Source: Fibrobacterota bacterium
GTDB taxonomy: Bacteria; Fibrobacterota; Fibrobacteria; UBA11236
Length of the DNA stretch: 36,820 bases
Assembly: GCA_043753995.1 (NCBI GenBank)
Contig: JAYUVP010000145.1
Coordinates: forward strand, 1 to 36,820
Reading direction: 5' to 3'
The translations under genes were made by a program, and so were the position numbers. The notes beneath the pieces were generated by a model. That model was not told where the DNA came from and did not search any database. It worked only from the letters and a program-made list of their open reading frames with translations. This document shows positions 26,879-34,214 of the stretch, piece after piece (position 1 is the stretch's first letter; every line of letters begins with the position of its first letter).

Positions 26879-27211
26879 ATGGCAGGACAAAAAGACTTCT
26901 CGAATTCCCTCGCCGAGCTTCAACTCCCGGAAACGCCCACGGGCTTTCGCCTCGCCGTGCGTGCTCAACCACGCTCCTCACGTGAGCTAATCGTCGGTGT
27001 GGAAAATGGACGCCTCAAGGTGAAATTGACGGCGGCCCCGGTAGAGGGCGCGGCCAATGAAGCCCTTTGCCGCTTGCTTGCCAAGGCCTTGGGTCTAGCC
27101 AAATCCCGGGTTACCGTGGTGCTAGGCGATACTTCGCGAGAGAAGTGTTTAGAGGTCAGTGGCATGTCTCCCGAAGACGGTCGTATTGCGCTGTCGCGTC
27201 ATCTCATTTAA
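26879..27211 (+). CDS. DUF167 / YggU family protein
   Basis: VRAQPRSS...LKVKLTAAPVEGAANEAL...LAKALG...GDTSREK. Confidence 0.92.
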   Translation: MAGQKDFSNSLAELQLPETPTGFRLAVRAQPRSSRELIVGVENGRLKVKLTAAPVEGAANEALCRLLAKALGLAKSRVTVVLGDTSREKCLEVSGMSPEDGRIALSRHLI

Positions 27212-27342
27212 AATCAGTTTGTTACGTTGATTACGCATAACAGTGAAGATTTCCCTTTCGGGCCGGGCCTTTTTTTGATAGGATAGGACACCGGATTGTG
27301 GTTCCGGCCCCTGTTTCCCCTTTTTATCGTAAGGACGAAAGC

Positions 27343-27639
27343 ATGAACAAGCAAGAACTCATCGACGCAATCCTCGCTGACAAGCAAAGTGGCATCGAAA
27401 CCAAGGCCGCCGCCGAGCGCGCGGTGTCTGCGGTTCTCAGTGGCATTGAAGAGGGTATCAAGAAGGACGGCAATGTCCAATTGATCGGCTTTGGCACTTT
27501 TTCTATCAAGAATCGCGCTGCCCGTAAAGGCCGCAATCCCTCCACTGGCGAAGAGATTAAAATCAAAGCCTCACGCTCGGTTGGATTTAAGGCCGGTGCT
27601 GGTTTGAAAGAAACGGCTAAGAAATCCAAGGCCAAGTAA
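27343..27639 (+). CDS. hup: HU-family DNA-binding protein
   Basis: MNKQELIDAI, VQLIGFGTF, RAARKGRNPSTGEEIKI and FKAG. AAGGA SD before ATG 27343. Confidence 0.95.
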   Translation: MNKQELIDAILADKQSGIETKAAAERAVSAVLSGIEEGIKKDGNVQLIGFGTFSIKNRAARKGRNPSTGEEIKIKASRSVGFKAGAGLKETAKKSKAK

Positions 27640-27665
27640 AACCCAATAGGCCGGTTTGAGCCTTT

Positions 27666-27699
27666 AAGGCGTGTGTGCTCAGCATACACGCCTTTTTTT
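27666..27699 (+). terminator. Rho-independent terminator after HU
   Basis: AAGGCGTGTGTGC-TCA-GCATACACGCCTT, a 13-bp stem with one G-U pair, running into a T7 tract. Confidence 0.88.
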
Positions 27700-27751
27700 A
27701 CGCCGGTTTTCGCCATAGCAAGGCCCACCGCGTTCTATTTTTCCGACTCTC

Positions 27752-28573
27752 ATGACCGGTGAATTGCAAGTTGGGCGCATACCCTTTCTAGTGTGCGCGC
27801 CTTTTTTTCACGACAGTCTGGCTGGCTTGCCAGGCATCATTTTTCGCGATGGCGCACCCTCCTGGCAAAACGCGGCCTTGCGTCGCGGCGAGGTGGATTT
27901 GTCGCCCACGTCGAGTTTTGAATATGCCGAACGTCCAGAGGACTATGTGATTTTGCCTGGCTTATGCACGGCAGGCCGCTTGGAAATTCGATCGGTGCGG
28001 CTGTTTTCGCGGTATCCATGGTCCGAATTGAATGGGCGACCGGTGCGGCTTTCCGGGGCGTCGGCGACGTCCAATGCCTTATTTCAAATCCTGTCCTCCC
28101 AACGTTACGGTATCGAAACCCGGATCTGTACTCCAGAAGTTCCAACCGATGGCAACCTAGCCGGGCAAGTCGCCATAGGCGACGAGGCCCTCCATCTGGC
28201 TCATGCCGGGGATTGGCCTTATAGCTATGACCTAGCCGTCGAATGGCAGTCCTGGCAAAATTTGCCCTTCGCATTCGGATTGTGGCTCTTGCGCCGCGAT
28301 GCAGCGCAGATAAAAACGGCCTTGGTCTCGCGATATCTGGAGCATTTGCATCGATCGGTGACAGAATTTCGTGAACATACTCAAGAGGCATTAAAGCATT
28401 GGTTAGCCATTTATCCATCCCGGCTACCTTTGCCTGAAATACACGCCTATTATGCGGCGGCGGATTATGCCTTCACTTCGGAGCATGCCGAGTCGCTGAA
28501 GCGTTTTTTCACCTTGGCCCATGTCCAAGGTTTGGTTAAACAAATTCCTGAATTGAACTTTTTCACGCCCTAG
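27752..28573 (+). CDS. mqnA: Chorismate dehydratase (futalosine menaquinone pathway), MqnA/MqnD family
   Basis: VGRIPFL..APF, PSWQN..L..GEVD..PTSS.EY, IRSVRLFS, SATSNAL, IGDEAL and DLA.EW...LPFAFGLW. Confidence 0.88.
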   Translation: MTGELQVGRIPFLVCAPFFHDSLAGLPGIIFRDGAPSWQNAALRRGEVDLSPTSSFEYAERPEDYVILPGLCTAGRLEIRSVRLFSRYPWSELNGRPVRLSGASATSNALFQILSSQRYGIETRICTPEVPTDGNLAGQVAIGDEALHLAHAGDWPYSYDLAVEWQSWQNLPFAFGLWLLRRDAAQIKTALVSRYLEHLHRSVTEFREHTQEALKHWLAIYPSRLPLPEIHAYYAAADYAFTSEHAESLKRFFTLAHVQGLVKQIPELNFFTP

Positions 28574-28588
28574 ATGGCGTGTTTTCAT

Positions 28589-29251
28589 TCATTCCAGATT
28601 CAAAATTTCCATTAAAAAATCCGAGCATATTTGTGGATGTGATACGGTAAGTAGATGATTACGTCCTTGAATGATTTTCATGGTTTGCCCTAGGCCATCG
28701 AAGCGAATCATCCAATCTCCGGTGCTATGCAGGCGATAGAGGGGGGCCTTTGTCACGCATCCTGGCCAGCCCATAATGATAGGCGGTAACCGTCGCAAAA
28801 GCGAAATGGGAAATCGACTCATGACCCTGGCCAAGGCATCGCGATCCGTTTTATTCATCATGTTCAGCTTATACAAGGTGCGGGGAACCGCTCCGAAAAT
28901 CAGGCGTAGAAAAGCTTCCGGCGCTTCCGGAGCCACGGTGGCGAGGGCGCGGAATATGCCCCGCACGAAGCGCGGATGGGTGGCGCTGGCAATGAGGACG
29001 GCACCCCGGGTGCCTCGCAATCGGGCGATTTCCAAGGCTAGCATGCCACCCAAGGAGACCCCGCCAATCCAATCCCTGGGGCCATAGTCGGTGGCCGCTA
29101 TGAGGCGATTGGCATAGGTGGCCAGGGTATCGCCGGGCTCCACTTCGATTAAATCGAGATATTGGACGCGCTGTTTAGGCAAATCCAGCTTGGAAAAAGC
29201 GTTCCTGTCCAAGGCAAAACCCGTGATGAGGAAAAGGCGAGGCTTAATCAT
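28589..29251 (-). CDS. Alpha/beta hydrolase
   Basis: LITGFALD, nucleophile elbow GVSLGG, and candidate triad Asp (GDWMI) and His (RNHL). Confidence 0.85.
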   Translation of the reverse strand: MIKPRLFLITGFALDRNAFSKLDLPKQRVQYLDLIEVEPGDTLATYANRLIAATDYGPRDWIGGVSLGGMLALEIARLRGTRGAVLIASATHPRFVRGIFRALATVAPEAPEAFLRLIFGAVPRTLYKLNMMNKTDRDALARVMSRFPISLLRRLPPIIMGWPGCVTKAPLYRLHSTGDWMIRFDGLGQTMKIIQGRNHLLTVSHPQICSDFLMEILNLE

Positions 29252-29328
29252 TCCTCATAATGTCCCCTCTGCAATGCCCGGGGTCAAGGGCACCGATTCG
29301 GCGGCAAGGGCTAGTTATATTCGCTATC

Positions 29329-30909
29329 ATGGACGCTTTATGGAATTGTCCCCGATGCGGAAATACCGTGCAATCCGGTATTGTAGTTTGCCCCCATTGC
29401 GGGGCCGTAGGCGATGTGGACATCAATGCCACCTTGACCCTTCCTCGGCGTAGCCAGGGGTCGGTAACGCCAATCGCCGAGCCCCAGGTGGACGCTGCCC
29501 AGCAAGCCCTAACGGATAGCCCTTCGGGAACCATGGCGGCATGGCGTGCCGGAAGCAAAGGCCCGCTAGCGCTCGGTGAGGTTTTTGCGGGTCGCTTTCG
29601 CGTGGAAAAGCATTTGGGCAGCGGTTCCCTGACGACGGCTTTTTTGGCTCGCAGCGGCAATGCCCCTGGTTTTATTTGCCTCAAGGTCATGCACCCTCGC
29701 AAGGCCACCGACCCACGTTTGGTTCAAGAATGGATAGCTCTCCAGCAAGCCGTATCGCGTTATCAGACCCTGGGCATAGCGCAAGTCTTTGATGCCGGCA
29801 TAGAGGGTGATATGCCCTGGTGCGCGATGGAAGCCCTGTCTGGCCCCACCTTGCGCATGTGGATGTTGGAGCGCCTGCAATTCGAAAGTCGCATTCCTCC
29901 GGGCTTGGATATGTTGCAGTCCTTGATCGGTGTTTTCGAGCGCATTCATGAAATGGGTTGTTATGGCGTACTTAAACCGGAAAATGTTTTCATAACGCCA
30001 CAAGGCCCGGTATTGACTGATTTCGGTGTACCCGGATTTCTCACGGCCCAGGAATTTGAATTCAATACCTATGCACGGCGATATCTCCCCTATATGGCGC
30101 CGGAACTACGTCAGGACTTCGCCAACTTATTACCGCAAAGCGATTACTACTCGCTAGGCGCGGTGCTCTATGAGATTTTGACGGGCCGTCCTCCGGGGCA
30201 GCCGGTAAAATTGCCAAGCACCTTGAGCCCACTATTCGGAATTGAAGCCGACGAAATCGTGCTCAAATCCCTGGCAACACGTCCTGGCGATCGCTTCGGC
30301 AGTAATATCGGATTCAATGGAGCTTTGTCGGCCCTTCGCGATTCCTTGCGACAGCAAAAACCCGAAGCCTTTGGTTTACCGACCCTGGCTTCGACCGTTC
30401 CAGCAAAAGGTTTTCAAACGACGGATACCACGCCTTCACGGCCCAGTTTGGCCGTGCATTCTCCGGAATTACTGGACGATCCTGATCAGAATTTCGAACC
30501 TTCGATTCCTTTCACCAGGCAACCTCCGGCACAGCCAGTCCAAAGCAAAGAACGTCCCCGAGTGGAAGCGGCAATATCGAAAATCGAAACCCCCGCCGGC
30601 AACGAGTCCCAAGTCGAAAAAGCAAGCCCAGTGAGTGACTTTGCGGCCCTCGAAAAGAATGCTTCGCCTTTCAGCGAGGTGGAATCACCCTGGGCGGTGC
30701 TTGAGGCTGGCATTTCCGATGAGGTGGTGGTGGGGAATGTCTTATTGCCGGAAGCTTTAGGAGGTCGGCCGAAGGGTTCCGTGGCGGCCTTCGATGAAGA
30801 ATGGCTGGCCTCCAAGCCCACGCCCTATTGGGTTTGGCTTTTGATAGCCTTTCTGGGCTTGGTTCTCACCGTCTGTGCGGGTTATCTAGGCTTTCATTTC
30901 GGGCATTGA
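29329..30909 (+). CDS. Hanks-type Ser/Thr kinase-like protein (probable pseudokinase) with N-terminal Zn ribbon and C-terminal TM
   Basis: CPRC..CPHC, LGSGS, CLKVM, LKPENV, DFG, YMAPE and SDYYSLG. The catalytic HRD is replaced by YGV. C-terminal WVWLLIAFLGLVLTVCAGYLGF. Start placed at ATG 29329. Confidence 0.85.
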   Translation: MDALWNCPRCGNTVQSGIVVCPHCGAVGDVDINATLTLPRRSQGSVTPIAEPQVDAAQQALTDSPSGTMAAWRAGSKGPLALGEVFAGRFRVEKHLGSGSLTTAFLARSGNAPGFICLKVMHPRKATDPRLVQEWIALQQAVSRYQTLGIAQVFDAGIEGDMPWCAMEALSGPTLRMWMLERLQFESRIPPGLDMLQSLIGVFERIHEMGCYGVLKPENVFITPQGPVLTDFGVPGFLTAQEFEFNTYARRYLPYMAPELRQDFANLLPQSDYYSLGAVLYEILTGRPPGQPVKLPSTLSPLFGIEADEIVLKSLATRPGDRFGSNIGFNGALSALRDSLRQQKPEAFGLPTLASTVPAKGFQTTDTTPSRPSLAVHSPELLDDPDQNFEPSIPFTRQPPAQPVQSKERPRVEAAISKIETPAGNESQVEKASPVSDFAALEKNASPFSEVESPWAVLEAGISDEVVVGNVLLPEALGGRPKGSVAAFDEEWLASKPTPYWVWLLIAFLGLVLTVCAGYLGFHFGH

Positions 30910-30944
30910 AGGCTGAGCCAGCCACGGATTAAAGTGGGAAGAGG

Positions 30945-31328
30945 ATGGACGAACACGCAGCCTCGGATTCTTTGCCGCGTGCGCCTTCGCGGATGCGCTT
31001 GGAGGGGGCATCCGAATTGCCTGAAGGCAAGTCGGTGGTCTTTTCATTTTTACGGCGCGGCTATTCCGTCGAGGGCTTTTTATTGCATCATGGCAGCGGC
31101 TTTTCGGCATACCTAAACCAATGCCAGCATTGGCCCATACCATTGGATTATGGTGACGGGGACTTTTATCAGAGTGATATCCATCGCATTCGATGCAAAT
31201 CGCATGGGGCCACTTATGAACCGGAAAGTGGTATTTGCGACGGGGGCCCATGTCACCGGGCTCGCCTCATCCGCTATGCCGTCGAAATCGATGGGCGCGA
31301 TATCTGGGTGCAGTTGACCGAGGAATAA
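30945..31328 (+). CDS. Rieske [2Fe-2S] ferredoxin-like protein
   Basis: YLNQCQHWPIPLD...IRCKSHGATY...G.C.GGPC. Confidence 0.92.
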   Translation: MDEHAASDSLPRAPSRMRLEGASELPEGKSVVFSFLRRGYSVEGFLLHHGSGFSAYLNQCQHWPIPLDYGDGDFYQSDIHRIRCKSHGATYEPESGICDGGPCHRARLIRYAVEIDGRDIWVQLTEE

Positions 31329-31408
31329 AGGCGTAAAATAGAGTTTATTAGAGATTTTTGGCTTTCCTTCTAGTCGCAAAATCCTCAGCCGGTGAGTATG
31401 CTCAAGGC

Positions 31409-31960
31409 ATGCAAGACTGGGTAGAAAGATTGAACAGACGCGATGCTTCGGCCTTGATGGCCATGTACGATCGCTGGAGCCGCCCGCTTCTCTCGCTCAT
31501 TGTGAAAGTCACAGGTAAAGCCGACGAGGCACCGGAATTATTATCGGATGTCTTTCGCACCTTCTGGGATCGAAGTGCCGATCCCACCTTCCTCAAAGGC
31601 AGCCTATTCGGTATCCTGGTGGAAATGGCTCGCTTTCGCGCCTTGGATGCCGTGGGTGCCCGCGGCTATCGCAATGGCACCCAGGCTTGGGGGAGTTTTG
31701 ATAGCCAAGACCGATTCAGCGATCCTTCGGAAACGCGAGCTTGGGAAAAACTGGGCATTCCCGAACGTTCTCGGCGAGCGATTGCTGCTTTGGAAGTTCT
31801 TGACGAAGGTGAGCGAGTCTTGGTGGAGGAGGCTTGGTTTGAAGGTCTGACTTGCGCCCGGCTGGCCTTGCGACATAATCTGCCTCTAGAAACCGTGCGC
31901 CTGCAATTGGTCGATGCCGTGCGCAAACTGGAAGCCACCTTGGAAGACGCTTTGGCATGA
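31409..31960 (+). CDS. ECF RNA polymerase sigma factor (SigK-like)
   Basis: RDASAL..MYDRW...DVF..FW...ARFRALD (region 2) and AL..L...ER..VE.AWFEGLT...LA.....PLETV (region 4). ATG 31409. Confidence 0.85.
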   Translation: MQDWVERLNRRDASALMAMYDRWSRPLLSLIVKVTGKADEAPELLSDVFRTFWDRSADPTFLKGSLFGILVEMARFRALDAVGARGYRNGTQAWGSFDSQDRFSDPSETRAWEKLGIPERSRRAIAALEVLDEGERVLVEEAWFEGLTCARLALRHNLPLETVRLQLVDAVRKLEATLEDALA

Positions 31961-33105
31961 GCGACGAGAGGCAAATACAAAGCGGTTTCGACCCGGAGGT
32001 TGAAGTCCCTACCGATTGGTCGCCTTCTTTGGTAGAAGACGGATTGGCCCCGCCTACCGCTGAAGAAGCGGAATTGTTACGCGATCTCGATAATTTGGTT
32101 CACAATAGCCCTGGCTTGGGCTCAGCCGAAATGCCGGCTTTATCCTTACCTGCATCCGAGTCGAAATTATTTGAGGACGCTGCGGAAGCCGAAGCCGCGG
32201 CCGCGGAAGAGGGTAGCGCTAAAGTTACCCGCGGCGAAGCGAGAATTCCGAGTGGGGTCAATCCCAGAGTGGAAGGCTCTCCAGAAGAATGGTCCGCCTT
32301 GGCGGCGATTGGAGCCTTGGATGGCGAGGCCGTCGCCGAAATGGAAATTTGGCTGAAAACTGCGAAGACGGAGGAAATTGAAATTTTCAGCCGTCGCATG
32401 CGTATAGGCCATGCCTTGGTCTATAGCTTGAACCAAGAGCCACCTCCGGCCAGCCTACGTGATTCCTTGGCACAAAGCCTAGGTGAACAAAGCAAGGATG
32501 GTCGGCATCTTTATCCTCGCCGTTCCTTGCCGCTGACTCAGCGATTGGCCGAGGCTATGGGTTGGAAGCAAACCCGTTTGCTGAAACTCTTTTCTCTTTT
32601 TCTTTTGCTTCTGGCAATGGGTGGATGGGGTATAGCCTGGCGTGGGCATCAAAAAATCCTGCGACTCACGGCGATGTCTATCCAATCGGAAAAGGCAAGG
32701 CAAGAGGCCGAAGGGGCTCACAAAGCCGCCACGAATCGCTTAGACTTCCTGGCCACGGTTGATTTAGTCATCACGGTATTGCAAGGCAAAGAGGAGTCGC
32801 GCGAAAAGTCGGCGCATTTGCTCTGGAGCCCCTTTGGCCGCAAGGCCTTGCTTTGGGTGGGCGGCTTGCCAAAGGCTCCCGAAGGCAAGGAATATGCTTT
32901 GTGGGTGGCCTTGGGTACGCGCACCTATTCCGCCCTCCGCTTCACCGAATCGTCGACAGGGGAGGGTGGGCTATTTCTCGATATTCCCCTTTTGCAAGAG
33001 GGCCGTCCCCGTCCCATTCAAGCTTTTTACCTGACCTTGCAGCCCCAAGGTGCATTGGAAGCGGAAGACGGCGAGAGGCTATTTTCGGGTAGTGCGTATA
33101 GGTAA
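31957..33105 (+). CDS. Anti-sigma factor, RskA-like, single TM
   Basis: ATGA overlap with the sigma gene. ALAAIGALD...E, PPPASLRDSL, a TM segment, then GLPKAPEGKEYALW and FYLTLQPQG. Confidence 0.85.
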   Translation: MSDERQIQSGFDPEVEVPTDWSPSLVEDGLAPPTAEEAELLRDLDNLVHNSPGLGSAEMPALSLPASESKLFEDAAEAEAAAAEEGSAKVTRGEARIPSGVNPRVEGSPEEWSALAAIGALDGEAVAEMEIWLKTAKTEEIEIFSRRMRIGHALVYSLNQEPPPASLRDSLAQSLGEQSKDGRHLYPRRSLPLTQRLAEAMGWKQTRLLKLFSLFLLLLAMGGWGIAWRGHQKILRLTAMSIQSEKARQEAEGAHKAATNRLDFLATVDLVITVLQGKEESREKSAHLLWSPFGRKALLWVGGLPKAPEGKEYALWVALGTRTYSALRFTESSTGEGGLFLDIPLLQEGRPRPIQAFYLTLQPQGALEAEDGERLFSGSAYR

Positions 33106-33284
33106 GGGTGCCGAGAGATTGGGGAATGAGCGAAGGCCAGGGAAAAGGCCTAGCCCTCATCCAAGCCAGGTCTTCACCCCATTCCGTTTTCTTTCCCACA
33201 AAATTCGATTTTCATGGTCAGCATGCGCTAAAGATTAGCCCACCATATCGTATTTTTGGGTTTTCACCTTAAGAAAGCAAAAAC

Positions 33285-34214
33285 ATGTTTGAACCCGCAT
33301 TTTCCAGTGCAGCCATGTTCCAACGTCGGAATTTGATGCCTGTCATCAACCCCGACATGGCCGGCAATCCCATCGCGCATCCCGCCTCCAAAGCCGCGCG
33401 TATTTTCTGTGACTCCGCGAATATCAAGGAAATCGAACCCCTATTCCGTGCCGGTCTCATCAATGGGGTGACCACCAATCCCACCTTGCTTAAAAAAGCC
33501 GGAGCGACTTCTTGGGGTAATGCCAAGCAAATTCTGAAAGAAATTTGCGCCCTGCTTCAGCCCTTTCCCGTCTCGCTGGAGCTGACCGAACTGAGCTATG
33601 ACAAAATGGTGACGCAGGCCTCCGAATTGGCGGCATTGGGAAGCAATAGCGTGATCAAGGTTCCCGTGGGCGGTTATACCGCCGTGGATCCCAAGGCGGA
33701 TCCCTTCACCGGCCTCAAGGTGGTACGCACCTTGTGGGAGCGTGGCATCAAAACCAATGTCACCTTGATATTTAATGTCACCCAGGCTTTTTGGGCCGCC
33801 AATGCGGGTGCGACCTATGTAAGCCCTTTTTTGGGTCGTCTAGCCGACTACGCATACAAGCATGACTTGCCCGAGCTCAAGACCGGGAATTCTCTTTATT
33901 ATGTCCAAGATCACAAGAATGCCAAGGGCGATCAAGTCGTTGCCAATACCGAATACGTGGCCTCCGGAGGACCTCTGAAGGATGCTGGCGCACGCTTGAT
34001 TTTTGAAATCGCCACGGCCTTCGCCAACTATCAAATCACCACCGAGGTCTTGGCGGCTTCCGTGCGAAATCCCGTGCAATTGCAGGAATGCCTATTGGCT
34101 GGCGCCGATATTTTGACCGTGCCTGCCAATGTCCTGCAGACCGTCGCTGATCATCCGCTGACTTCCGAAGGCATGAAGGCTTTCGTGGAAGACAGCAAGG
34201 CATTTTCGGGCTGA
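33285..34214 (+). CDS. tal: Transaldolase (short TalC/Fsa type) with internal insertions
   Basis: IFCDSAN, GVTTNPTL, VSLEL, Schiff-base VIKVP, NVTLIF, YVSPFLGRL and LAASVR. The Glu + Phe pair favours transaldolase over FSA. Start uncertain (33285, 33315, 33336 or 33357). Confidence 0.88.
   Translation: MFEPAFSSAAMFQRRNLMPVINPDMAGNPIAHPASKAARIFCDSANIKEIEPLFRAGLINGVTTNPTLLKKAGATSWGNAKQILKEICALLQPFPVSLELTELSYDKMVTQASELAALGSNSVIKVPVGGYTAVDPKADPFTGLKVVRTLWERGIKTNVTLIFNVTQAFWAANAGATYVSPFLGRLADYAYKHDLPELKTGNSLYYVQDHKNAKGDQVVANTEYVASGGPLKDAGARLIFEIATAFANYQITTEVLAASVRNPVQLQECLLAGADILTVPANVLQTVADHPLTSEGMKAFVEDSKAFSG

Noticed and set aside
27250..27278. Terminator between YggU and HU
   Set aside because: A T7 tract is present but only 3-bp stems can form, which is too weak to call.
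29329..33105. Kinase-activated ECF sigma system (EcfP/PknT type)
   Set aside because: The kinase lacks its catalytic Asp, the sigma region-2.2 motif reads DEAPE with no Ser/Thr substitution, and a conventional RskA-like anti-sigma follows.
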